This document shows positions 55,313 through 63,764 of a stretch of 64,000 nucleotides of DNA, piece by piece. A program made the position numbers and the translations under genes. Location of the stretch: positions 62,001 to 126,000 of IMG/VR virus record IMGVR_UViG_3300027899_000001; one strand, written 5' to 3'. Below the pieces are notes generated by a model. The model made no database searches and had not been told where the DNA came from. It worked only from the letters and a program-made list of their open reading frames with translations. The stretch's first letter is position 1, and every line of letters begins with the position of its first letter.

Positions 55313-56353
55313 TCATATATTTAGAAGTTTATTAAATTGTGCATACTGTTTATCTAAAATTAAAATATAGTTATATCCTTCTTTTTTTACTGCGTATTCT
55401 TTCTCTTTAATTTTTTCATCTTTTTTAAAAAAATAGTTGCTTTTTATTTCTATTATTAAGTTTAAATCGGAAATAAAAAAATCGGGAAAATAAACGTGAT
55501 TATTATTTTCATATACATAATTTATTTTTGGCCCATTTAATATATTAACTTTTTCATAATAATTTTCTAAAAAATCTAATTCATATGTACCTTGATAATT
55601 TAAACTAGTATCTTTATATTGGTTAATTTGTAATCCTGATTTGAACCATTTTAAGCGTATTTCATCACTTTGAAATACATTTTCTACTCCGTATCTTTCT
55701 AAACATGTTTGTTTTATTTTATTTCTTACATCTTTTGATTTAAAGGGTGTATCTGTTCCATAATGTTTTAAACAAGTTTGTCTTGATTTTTCTTTAACAC
55801 TTTTAGACTGTATATGATGTTTATTACCATAACGTATTAACGATGTATTTTCTCCTTTTTCTCTAACTTCTTTATTTTTCCAAGGATGATTTTTGCCATA
55901 TCTTTTTTTATTTGTTTCTTCTGTTTTATTTCTTATTTCTTTTGATTTAAATGGGGTATCAACTCCAAATTTTTTTATACAAGTTTGTTTTGATTTTTCT
56001 CTATTACTATAATTTTCATCGCCGTATTTTTTGTTTTTTGTTTCTTTGCATTTATTTTTTATTAAATCATTCTGAAATACGTTTTCTACTCCATAAATTT
56101 TTAAATTCGTTTCCTTTTTTGTTTTTTCTTTTAATATTTTTAAACATCTTTTGTTTTTACATGTTAATTGATAACCTTTTTGAATAGATATAAATACTGT
56201 TTCTTTTCCACAAATTTTACATATACCATCACTATTATTTTTTATATACTTATCATAATAATGTTTTCCATTATGGCATTTTCTAATATGATGACTAAAA
56301 GATCTCCATGAATATAAAATTTTATTACATTCTTTACATTTAAAGTTTTCCAT
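55313..56353 (-). CDS. Free-standing endonuclease, family copy 6
   Basis: CKEC..HH.RKCH; YGVENVFQ repeats; YQGTYELDFLENYY...YFPDFFISDLNLIIEIK. Confidence 0.75.
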   Translation of the reverse strand: MENFKCKECNKILYSWRSFSHHIRKCHNGKHYYDKYIKNNSDGICKICGKETVFISIQKGYQLTCKNKRCLKILKEKTKKETNLKIYGVENVFQNDLIKNKCKETKNKKYGDENYSNREKSKQTCIKKFGVDTPFKSKEIRNKTEETNKKRYGKNHPWKNKEVREKGENTSLIRYGNKHHIQSKSVKEKSRQTCLKHYGTDTPFKSKDVRNKIKQTCLERYGVENVFQSDEIRLKWFKSGLQINQYKDTSLNYQGTYELDFLENYYEKVNILNGPKINYVYENNNHVYFPDFFISDLNLIIEIKSNYFFKKDEKIKEKEYAVKKEGYNYILILDKQYAQFNKLLNI

Positions 56354-56415
56354 AAATAGTTTATTATATATATTATAGAAAACTAAGATATTCTGCTATA
56401 TTCCAAAGAATTTTG

Positions 56416-57273
56416 TTAAATTGAAGAAAAATAACTTTCAGCTATTGTCCAAAGAGTCTTATTAAATTCTATATTACGAGTGGCATTTGTTATTCCACGA
56501 GGTCTTGTTCTACGACCATTTACAGTATGTCTTTCGAATTCACCTTTAACCAATCTTTCCTGAACTATATTAAATACTGTCCAAAGATCTTCTTTTTTAT
56601 CTTCTCCTCTTAAAGGCTCAACTATCTGTGTTGGATTCATTATTGCAGTAACTTTCTTAAAATCTACAGTTCCATCAGGCTGTATAAAAACATGAGGTTC
56701 ACGATTAGCTATAGCCTTTATAACGAATTCTTCTCTCTGATCGTTATTAAGAACTACTTGTTGCATATCACTTATATGCTTACCTATTATAGAATACTGT
56801 TCTGCTACCACAGACATAAGTTGTTTAAGTTCTTCAACGTCTATTCCAACGTGACGAAGTTTAACTGAGGTGAACATTCCAGGCATCGCCACTATAAGTC
56901 CATTGGTGCAAACTAAACGGAAAATACCCATATGCCCCATTGCAGGAGATCCTCCATTATGAGAGTTGTCAAGGATAAACTGTGGTTTAACGTTATCTCC
57001 TTTAAGATTCATAAAATCAAAGCCAAGATCGGGGTTGAAGAAACGTATCATATGACGGGCATATGGGCTTACACCATTCTGTTTGGCAAATGCAGGAAGC
57101 CAACCAGTTTTTTCAAAAGCGGCAATAAGTTCATCTGTTGGAACAAATGAATATCGAGTTGAAAGTTTAGGACTTTCATGAGTAGAAAAAGCTGCGGGAA
57201 CACGAATTTTTAATTCGTCAATACTTGTTGCTTTGTAACCAATCGATGTTAAGGGATTTTCAATGTGTGCCAT
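56416..57273 (-). CDS. DUF932-family protein
   Basis: RYSFVPT, RHMIRF, NSHNGG...GIFRLVCTNGLI. Confidence 0.75.
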   Translation of the reverse strand: MAHIENPLTSIGYKATSIDELKIRVPAAFSTHESPKLSTRYSFVPTDELIAAFEKTGWLPAFAKQNGVSPYARHMIRFFNPDLGFDFMNLKGDNVKPQFILDNSHNGGSPAMGHMGIFRLVCTNGLIVAMPGMFTSVKLRHVGIDVEELKQLMSVVAEQYSIIGKHISDMQQVVLNNDQREEFVIKAIANREPHVFIQPDGTVDFKKVTAIMNPTQIVEPLRGEDKKEDLWTVFNIVQERLVKGEFERHTVNGRRTRPRGITNATRNIEFNKTLWTIAESYFSSI

Positions 57274-57305
57274 GACTTTATGTATTAATGTTTTAACTTC
57301 TATAG

Positions 57306-57368
57306 TGTAAATATAATACTTTAATTTGACAGAAAAAAATTATTTACAGATTATTTTCAAATTATTTT
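57306..57368 (-). promoter_or_regulatory. Repeated early-promoter module
   Basis: tgtaaatataa...tttgacagaaaaaaa..tttac.gattattttcaaattatttt, near-identical to 58127-58190. Confidence 0.65.
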
Positions 57369-58101
57369 AATAATCTTTTACACAACGAACTGACATACCT
57401 GCTTCTTTAGGATATGGATAATCTGTTTCAAAGGATCCATATAAATTTTTAAAATATTTATGCAATATGATATTCCATCCTTTATTTTCTACTGGTGCAA
57501 ATCCATTTTGTGTTACATATTCCGTTGATGTCCACCAAAAACCAATACGTTCAAAATTAAGAAATTCTCCTGTATAATCTATAAAACCTCCAGGAAGCGC
57601 AGTAAACCCACTTTCATTAGTTGCTCCAACGTTTGGTTCTTCCCAATGCTCAAATCCCGCCTCTTTTAACTTACCGCCTGCAATACTGTCACCACCCAAA
57701 TAATCTGCTAATTGCATCCATTCATTATATGAAGGAACATGCCAACCTGTCGGACATAATTTTCCAGTATTAACTGCATGCCAATTATATAATTTTCCAT
57801 ATGTTTCTGAATTGATAATGTTTCCATTACATTCAGTATATGCAGGAGTAATAGAAGTACTCCAGATTTCCGCATTGTTGACAAAAGGAATAGGCGTTCC
57901 ATCATTGAAAGTTGTTGTTTTCAAATTTTCTACCATCCATATTTGATAGCCTATTGTTTTTTTAGTATAGTTATTACCATCAATATCAACTATTGACGAA
58001 TCAATTGGTTTAACATATACAATTTCTATTTTCGTACAGCTAATTAACAAAATAAAAACTATTGTTAATAAACTGATGACAAATAAATTTAATTTTTTCA
58101 T
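57367..58101 (-). CDS. FISUMP-domain (Fibrobacter succinogenes major paralogous domain) lipoprotein
   Basis: Lipobox LISC; DIDGNNY..IG.QIWM.ENL, YGKLYNW, LCP.GWHVPS, GF.ALPGG, WWTST, SVRCVKD. Confidence 0.85.
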   Translation of the reverse strand: MKKLNLFVISLLTIVFILLISCTKIEIVYVKPIDSSIVDIDGNNYTKKTIGYQIWMVENLKTTTFNDGTPIPFVNNAEIWSTSITPAYTECNGNIINSETYGKLYNWHAVNTGKLCPTGWHVPSYNEWMQLADYLGGDSIAGGKLKEAGFEHWEEPNVGATNESGFTALPGGFIDYTGEFLNFERIGFWWTSTEYVTQNGFAPVENKGWNIILHKYFKNLYGSFETDYPYPKEAGMSVRCVKDY

Positions 58102-58126
58102 ATCAATAATTTTAAGTTAATCTGTA

Positions 58127-58190
58127 ATGTAAATTTAATCATAATTTTTGACAGAAAAAAATCTTTTACGGATTATTTTCAAATTATTTT
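58127..58190 (-). promoter_or_regulatory. Repeated early-promoter module
   Basis: atgtaaatttaa...tttgacagaaaaaaa...gattattttcaaattatttt. Confidence 0.65.
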
Positions 58191-58215
58191 TTAAAATATA
58201 TAAAATAAAAGAGCT

Positions 58216-58593
58216 ATGATACTACCTGGCAATGAAGAAAACACCCTTCCACAAATTGTATATGAAGAAATGGATGGAACTATATCAATTAAAGGAAGAT
58301 CAATTTCTCCTGAAGTTGAAGATTATTTTTCTGATTTTTTACCTTACTTAAAGGATTGTATTGAAAAGAAACCAATGGATATGAAAATCAGTTTTGATTT
58401 CGAATACTTTAATACAAAAACTAGTAAGTTATTAATGCAGCTACTTTATACTGTCAAACCTTTAGAAGAACAAGGATTTAAGATTGATATTACATGGACG
58501 TATGAAGAAGGCGATGATGATATGAAGGACATCGGTGAAGATTATGAAGATCTTGCACAGATTAAATTCACATTTATTGAAAAGCCCGAATAG
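58216..58593 (+). CDS. SiaC/DUF1987-family protein
   Basis: ISIKGRSISPE..DYF, FEYFNTKTSK.L..L, ITW.YEEGDDDM.D.GED; late promoter at 58194-58210. Confidence 0.75.
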   Translation: MILPGNEENTLPQIVYEEMDGTISIKGRSISPEVEDYFSDFLPYLKDCIEKKPMDMKISFDFEYFNTKTSKLLMQLLYTVKPLEEQGFKIDITWTYEEGDDDMKDIGEDYEDLAQIKFTFIEKPE

Positions 58594-58599
58594 GGCTTT
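58581..58599. terminator. Bidirectional terminator hairpin
   Basis: AAAGCCC-GAATA-GGGCTTT between convergent genes. Confidence 0.65.
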
Positions 58600-58607
58600 T
58601 CCTTTTA

Positions 58608-59030
58608 TTAGAAAAGAGCTTTAGCTTTACATTTTGTAGATTTCCAATTTTCATAATCCCATGTGAGTGCATCATGACACACAATATTATGATTTAATAT
58701 ATCTTTAGCAGTAATAATATCCTCATCTGAAAGAGACGGGAGGAGCTCTAGAAGACGTTGCCTCATTTCCTTCACATTATCTTCTTGCAATTCAACTGCA
58801 AAAATAGTAGATAAGGCTTGTAAAGAATCATGACCTTTTTCTAATTTTCGAGATAAAATCTGCACTAAAAAATTTCCGTTGCCACCTGCTGGATCTATAA
58901 AAGTTTTCAACGGATTATCCCAAATTTCCTGTGGGATTTTATCAAGCATTTCGTTTATAAGTTCAGGACACGTAAATTCTTCTGCTGTTGATTTTTTTCT
59001 TTGTTTTCGTTTTAATTCAAGATCTGTCAT
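58608..59030 (-). CDS. N6-adenine methyltransferase fragment with SAM-binding motif I only; ends KAKALF
   Basis: EEFTCPELINEML, FIDPAGGNGNFL, IFAVEL..DNV; no NPPY. Confidence 0.75.
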   Translation of the reverse strand: MTDLELKRKQRKKSTAEEFTCPELINEMLDKIPQEIWDNPLKTFIDPAGGNGNFLVQILSRKLEKGHDSLQALSTIFAVELQEDNVKEMRQRLLELLPSLSDEDIITAKDILNHNIVCHDALTWDYENWKSTKCKAKALF

Positions 59031-59032
59031 TA

Positions 59033-59197
59033 TTATTTTACATCATTTACGTCAACATAAAACAATTCATTGTGATTATCTTTATCATATATGTATAGTA
59101 TACCATTTTTTATTTTTATATAATAAACTGTATTTCCGTTATTAACATCATATACATAATAATGTTTTTCTTCTTTAATAGTAACTGAGTTTTCCAT
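59033..59197 (-). CDS. Small hypothetical protein, 54 aa (MENSVTIKEEKHYYVYDV...)
   Basis: Hand-translated; fills the gap between the two methyltransferase ORFs. Confidence 0.5.
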   Translation of the reverse strand: MENSVTIKEEKHYYVYDVNNGNTVYYIKIKNGILYIYDKDNHNELFYVDVNDVK

Positions 59198-59207
59198 ATT
59201 AAAATTT

Positions 59208-60404
59208 TTAATAATATTTAGGTATATTTTTTTCTATAAATTCTATTTCTTCTTTTTTTAGCTCAAAGCTGTTATATAGTTTTTCATCTGTCCATTCTTG
59301 AGAAAAATCTAACCAAGGAATAGAAGACAATTCACTTCCTTCTTGAGACATTGCTATCTTATATATTGATAATGAAAATCTTGCAAAATTAGTTTTCATA
59401 TAATTCAAAAGATTTTCTGCTTCTTTTTTTGTTTTAAATCCAAAATATACTTTTTCTTTTTTTCTTGTTACTATTGTATTTTGATCGAAAAAAGTATAAA
59501 AATCATCAGCAACCCATTTATTTGTAGTTTTAGAAGTATTTCCACGAAATCTAGGAATATTAACATAATATTTCCCGTTTTCTCTTATATGTTGGCTTAA
59601 ATTATTAGTTTTACAATATAACAAAATTTTATTTCGTAATGATATAAAATCTGATGTTACATCATGCATGTGCACATCTTTTATATCATTAATTTTATGA
59701 GTAGTTTTAAAAATGTCGTTATATAATATTACTTCAGTATTATTTTTTTCTTTATCAAAAAAGGATATTGACATAGGAGCCTGTAAATTTATATCTTTAA
59801 AATATTTAATAGAATTAAATAAGTCTATTTTAATTATTTTACTAAATATGCTATAATAAAACAATTCATTTGTTCTTTTATTTACTGCTCGTTGATTTAA
59901 GTATATTGTAGCGGGATGCACAGCAATAACATATTTTTTTGATATATTATATGCAATATTTAAAAAATCTATATAAAGTTTTCCTTTGTATGGAGGGTTT
60001 AAAATTACAACATCAAATTTTGGCATCTTTTCTTCTCCTTCTATTTGTTTAGTATTATATGAATATATAACTACTTTGTTTTGATCTATACCCATTCCAA
60101 TTGCTGCTTTTTTCTTTAATTCACACGGTGTCATAAACCAAACATTTTTTAAATCTCTTATTTTTTCTTTAATTGTCCATATAAATTCTAAATTGAACAT
60201 AACCATAATATTCATATCACTATTTAATTCTGGAAGTTTATTTATCATTTCTTCACAAAGTTCAAAAGGAGTATACACATTATGAGTATCTGTACTTCTT
60301 TTTAGAATTTCTTTAATTCTTAATATAACTTCTTTTCTTTCCATGTTTATGTAAATAAAATTAACCAAATTATAGTCCAAATTACATATATAATGGGTAA
60401 CCAA
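59208..60404 (-). CDS. Eco57I/TaqI-like gamma N6-adenine methyltransferase with NPPY and TRD-like C-terminus but degenerate motif I
   Basis: VYTPFELCEEM, KFDVVILNPPY, LYIDFL, VIAVHP; start may be MERKE at 60344. Confidence 0.75.
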   Translation of the reverse strand: MVTHYICNLDYNLVNFIYINMERKEVILRIKEILKRSTDTHNVYTPFELCEEMINKLPELNSDMNIMVMFNLEFIWTIKEKIRDLKNVWFMTPCELKKKAAIGMGIDQNKVVIYSYNTKQIEGEEKMPKFDVVILNPPYKGKLYIDFLNIAYNISKKYVIAVHPATIYLNQRAVNKRTNELFYYSIFSKIIKIDLFNSIKYFKDINLQAPMSISFFDKEKNNTEVILYNDIFKTTHKINDIKDVHMHDVTSDFISLRNKILLYCKTNNLSQHIRENGKYYVNIPRFRGNTSKTTNKWVADDFYTFFDQNTIVTRKKEKVYFGFKTKKEAENLLNYMKTNFARFSLSIYKIAMSQEGSELSSIPWLDFSQEWTDEKLYNSFELKKEEIEFIEKNIPKYY

Positions 60405-60410
60405 AAAAAT

Positions 60411-61952
60411 TTAAGAAAATTTAATAACTTCTTCATCACTCATATTTTTTATTTTTTCCTCTAATCTAAAGTCTTCTATCGCTATTTTATCTGCAATTTC
60501 TTTTTCTTCTATATTATGCTGTATACTAACAAAAACGTCAAATAATGCTTTTACTTTAATATCAGCAACATTTGTTCCTGCCAATGGTATTTTAACTGTA
60601 TGCCCATTATTGTATGTTATTTCAACATCTTCACTGGCATCAAATCCAGTTTCTCGCAAAGCTTCTATAATTGATTGAATTTTTTCAGTTAAATCTTCTC
60701 CTATTATGCCATAACAAGGAACTATTATCCAAGCATATGGTTTCTTAAAGTCTTCAAGATCATCATATTTTATAACTCCTGAATACAAGTTTTTCCTGTC
60801 ATCTTTTTGTAATCTACTTGCTCTTCCTAATGTTTGTAAAAATTTACCCGTTGTCATAGTGTTCATTGGCATAATTCCTGTTATACCTGGAACATCTATG
60901 CCTTCAGATAATATATTTATGTGAAAAATGATTGCGTCATCTTTATCATCCATACCTTGTAATTCTTCAAGAAATTTTTCACGTCTAACAACTTCTCCAT
61001 TAATACGTGGGCTAAATGCTGAAGATATATCAAATATTTTTAAATTGTCTCTTAATGCTAAAAATTTCTGCATCTTCGGATGTGTCACGTACTTATTCAG
61101 ATCTTCTGAACCGCCAGTAACAACAAGTAATTTTGCTCCATTATTACAATTCATTTTATGTTTAATGAAAGCATCTTTAATAGCATTCACATCTATATCT
61201 ATCTTATCGTATACGTCTTCATCATTTTTGTTTTCAAGGTCTGTAAATTGTAATCTCGGACGTAATATTTCACCAGCGATAATCATTTCTAATGGAGTTT
61301 TTTCATAAATGATAGGACCAAATAGATCGCTGTTATTCATTCCTAATCCTTTATCTGAAAAAGTTTCTTTCAATGTTGCAGTGAAATAATATTTACGTAA
61401 TGAGTTGAATTGTTTCACTGCGTTTACTTCATTTTCTAAACATATCCAACTAAATTCCTTTGAAACTAAGTATTGTGCTTCATCACATAAAGTCATATAA
61501 ACTGGAATTTGTGCATCCATAATTCTTTCTGAAGAATCATAAGTACCAAAAATAATCAAAGGAACGTTTTCAAGTCTTGCTTTTTCATATTCTTCAGCTA
61601 TTTTTATATATGAAGTCGTTGATGTTAATTGTCTAAATGGCAAATCAACTGTCCACATTCTTTTTGTATCATCAACTGTTTTTCCTGAATGTACTATAAG
61701 ATAATGGCAATCCTTTTTTTGTAATAATAATGTTTCTTTTATAACATTATAAAGTTGATTACATAAAATAATTCTTGGTGCCAAAATAACAAAAACTGGA
61801 ATTTCTTGATGTTTAAATCCAGCATCAATATTATTAGAAATAGCATATGATTCTATATATGTTTTTCCTGATCCTGTTGGAAGATGAATAATGCCTTCAT
61901 TACTATTTTCAATAGCATTAAGTGCTTCTATTTGATGTTGTCTAAGTTTCAT
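60411..61952 (-). CDS. SF2 helicase-like ATPase (restriction-enzyme Res/Type ISP-like)
   Basis: LRQHQ, LPTGSGKT, CDEAQ, FTAT, LSEGIDVP, QTLGRASR. Confidence 0.85.
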   Translation of the reverse strand: MKLRQHQIEALNAIENSNEGIIHLPTGSGKTYIESYAISNNIDAGFKHQEIPVFVILAPRIILCNQLYNVIKETLLLQKKDCHYLIVHSGKTVDDTKRMWTVDLPFRQLTSTTSYIKIAEEYEKARLENVPLIIFGTYDSSERIMDAQIPVYMTLCDEAQYLVSKEFSWICLENEVNAVKQFNSLRKYYFTATLKETFSDKGLGMNNSDLFGPIIYEKTPLEMIIAGEILRPRLQFTDLENKNDEDVYDKIDIDVNAIKDAFIKHKMNCNNGAKLLVVTGGSEDLNKYVTHPKMQKFLALRDNLKIFDISSAFSPRINGEVVRREKFLEELQGMDDKDDAIIFHINILSEGIDVPGITGIMPMNTMTTGKFLQTLGRASRLQKDDRKNLYSGVIKYDDLEDFKKPYAWIIVPCYGIIGEDLTEKIQSIIEALRETGFDASEDVEITYNNGHTVKIPLAGTNVADIKVKALFDVFVSIQHNIEEKEIADKIAIEDFRLEEKIKNMSDEEVIKFS

Positions 61953-62539
61953 ATTTTTATGGTATTTAAACTTTTTTTAACTAAATCTCTAAATGAATTC
62001 CAAAAAAGAATATTATTATCAACTAATTCTCTAAGATTTTCATATCCTAAACATCTTACTTTTTTTGTAAACATTTCATCTTCTGTAAAATAATGTAAGC
62101 CTTCTGCTGTCGTAATAATAAGCATATTATTTTTACTTTTAGGATCTACATCATATCTTAATACAGATGCTGAAGTAAAATTACTTAAATGATCTTGGTT
62201 AGCTGTTAATAACACTCTATTATTTGAACGATATTTAACTTGTACTGTAGCGGGTTTTCCGTCTATTCCTATACCTTTTCCATCTACTCCAGTATCATCA
62301 CTTGTAATGGGAATATATTTTCCTATAGCTATGCGATTATCTGCAGGAGATAATTTAATTAATGCTTCTACAAATAATTCAAATCCATCTCCTTTATATT
62401 TTTCAGGCTCATATCTATTAGGAAATAATAATGATTGTTGTTCAAGACGAGTACAAAAAGTTGAAAGCTTTTTTACATTTACTAGTAATCCATTTATATC
62501 ATGTGAATTAAATAAAAAAGGATGAATTAAGGTTTCCAT
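61949..62539 (-). CDS. Mrr-like PD-(D/E)xK restriction endonuclease
   Basis: KGDGFELFVE, DDTGVDG, VQVKY; ATGA-coupled to the helicase. Confidence 0.7.
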   Translation of the reverse strand: METLIHPFLFNSHDINGLLVNVKKLSTFCTRLEQQSLLFPNRYEPEKYKGDGFELFVEALIKLSPADNRIAIGKYIPITSDDTGVDGKGIGIDGKPATVQVKYRSNNRVLLTANQDHLSNFTSASVLRYDVDPKSKNNMLIITTAEGLHYFTEDEMFTKKVRCLGYENLRELVDNNILFWNSFRDLVKKSLNTIKI

Positions 62540-62565
62540 TGTTTATGTTTTTAACTTATTCTGTA

Positions 62566-62636
62566 ATGTAAATATAAACAAAATATCCGAAACAAAAAAA
62601 TTATTTCGGATATATTTTAACAATTTCTTAATTTTT
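62566..62636 (-). promoter_or_regulatory. Repeated early-promoter module with 10-bp inverted repeat
   Basis: atgtaaatataa; ATATCCGAAA/TTTCGGATAT (62583-62613); attttaacaatttcttaattttt shared with 63005-63027. Confidence 0.65.
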
Positions 62637-62640
62637 TTCT

Positions 62641-62937
62641 TTATTTAAGTCTCAATGACATCTTTGCAGCTGCCAAATACGTGTTTGTTACGAATTTCTG
62701 CATCATATTAAGATTGTAAATTCTTGCCATATCATCCTTATATCTATTTGCTGCCATAGGACTTACATGAGTAGCAGGGTCATCAAGAATTCGAGTCACT
62801 TCAGCTTTTAACTGAATAAGATTATACTTAGTAATGTTTTTAATAAGTGTTTCAAGCTGAGCTCCTACACTTTTCGATGCCGTTACTGTTCTAGTAAGGT
62901 CCGGCATGTTTCGATTTAATTTTTTATCTTTATACAT
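62641..62937 (-). CDS. Hypothetical protein (start MYKDKK)
   Basis: Downstream of the promoter module at 62957. Confidence 0.55.
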   Translation of the reverse strand: MYKDKKLNRNMPDLTRTVTASKSVGAQLETLIKNITKYNLIQLKAEVTRILDDPATHVSPMAANRYKDDMARIYNLNMMQKFVTNTYLAAAKMSLRLK

Positions 62938-62956
62938 AATCTTATTTTTAATTACA

Positions 62957-63027
62957 ATGTAAATATAAAACAAAAATCCGACAAATAAAAATATTTATCG
63001 GATTATTTTAACAATTTCTTAATTTTT
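62957..63027 (-). promoter_or_regulatory. Repeated early-promoter module with inverted repeat
   Basis: atgtaaatataa; AATCCGAcAAATA/TATTTaTCGGATT; 23-nt block identical to 62614-62636. Confidence 0.65.
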
Positions 63028-63517
63028 ATTCTATAATATACATTTTTACAGAATCTCCAAAGAAATCTGAATGTTCTTTCACGTAATCAAGTATTCTTAA
63101 AAATTTACTTTTATTATTAGGTTTATATGAATCCTCTAATTCAAACTCATATTTTTCTCTACATTTTTTCAACATTTTTACACTTATCCACCATAACTCT
63201 TCTGGATTTTTAGAATTATTTATTATTAAATACTTTGCTTTACTTTGTTCTAAAGAATCGTTTTTATTATTATCTATTACAGTATATGTACTTCCATATT
63301 TTACATCTACAGGAAGTATTAATTTGCCTAAAAACGGTGTTAATTCATCAAATATAAAATAATAATCTATTTTATCATTCATATCTTCTTGCAAAGTTGC
63401 TTCTTCGCTATGAACTATATAACCTCTTTTTCTTAAAAGTTCAATAGCTCTTTTAGCAACTAATGGCTGATTATAAATTCCAAGCTGTTGATCTGCAGTG
63501 CTTCCGTATGTTGACAT
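63026..63517 (-). CDS. Hypothetical protein, possible PD-(D/E)xK nuclease fold
   Basis: EDMNDKIDY...VDVKY. Confidence 0.45.
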   Translation of the reverse strand: MSTYGSTADQQLGIYNQPLVAKRAIELLRKRGYIVHSEEATLQEDMNDKIDYYFIFDELTPFLGKLILPVDVKYGSTYTVIDNNKNDSLEQSKAKYLIINNSKNPEELWWISVKMLKKCREKYEFELEDSYKPNNKSKFLRILDYVKEHSDFFGDSVKMYIIE

Positions 63518-63524
63518 TTTATGT

Positions 63525-63746
63525 TTATTTGTGAGTACTAAATAATTCTTTTAACATTTCCATAGCGCAATTGTTACAAAATAATACCTTTGTCTTTCCT
63601 CTTATTTCGTCCCATGTAAGATTTTCCTTTACAATCACTCTACACTTATGACATAAGATAGCACCACGCCCACCATTGAATTTAATGATAGGCTTTAACT
63701 TTTTCTTAGTTACAGGATCGTATCTTAATTTGGATAACATAAACAT
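63525..63746 (-). CDS. Small Zn-finger protein
   Basis: CHKC...CNNC. Confidence 0.55.
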   Translation of the reverse strand: MFMLSKLRYDPVTKKKLKPIIKFNGGRGAILCHKCRVIVKENLTWDEIRGKTKVLFCNNCAMEMLKELFSTHK

Positions 63747-63764
63747 CTAATCTTTATATTATAT

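Noticed and set aside
40881-58101. Diversity-generating retroelement targeting the fibre or FISUMP gene
   Set aside because: No reverse transcriptase and no template/variable repeat pair seen in the window
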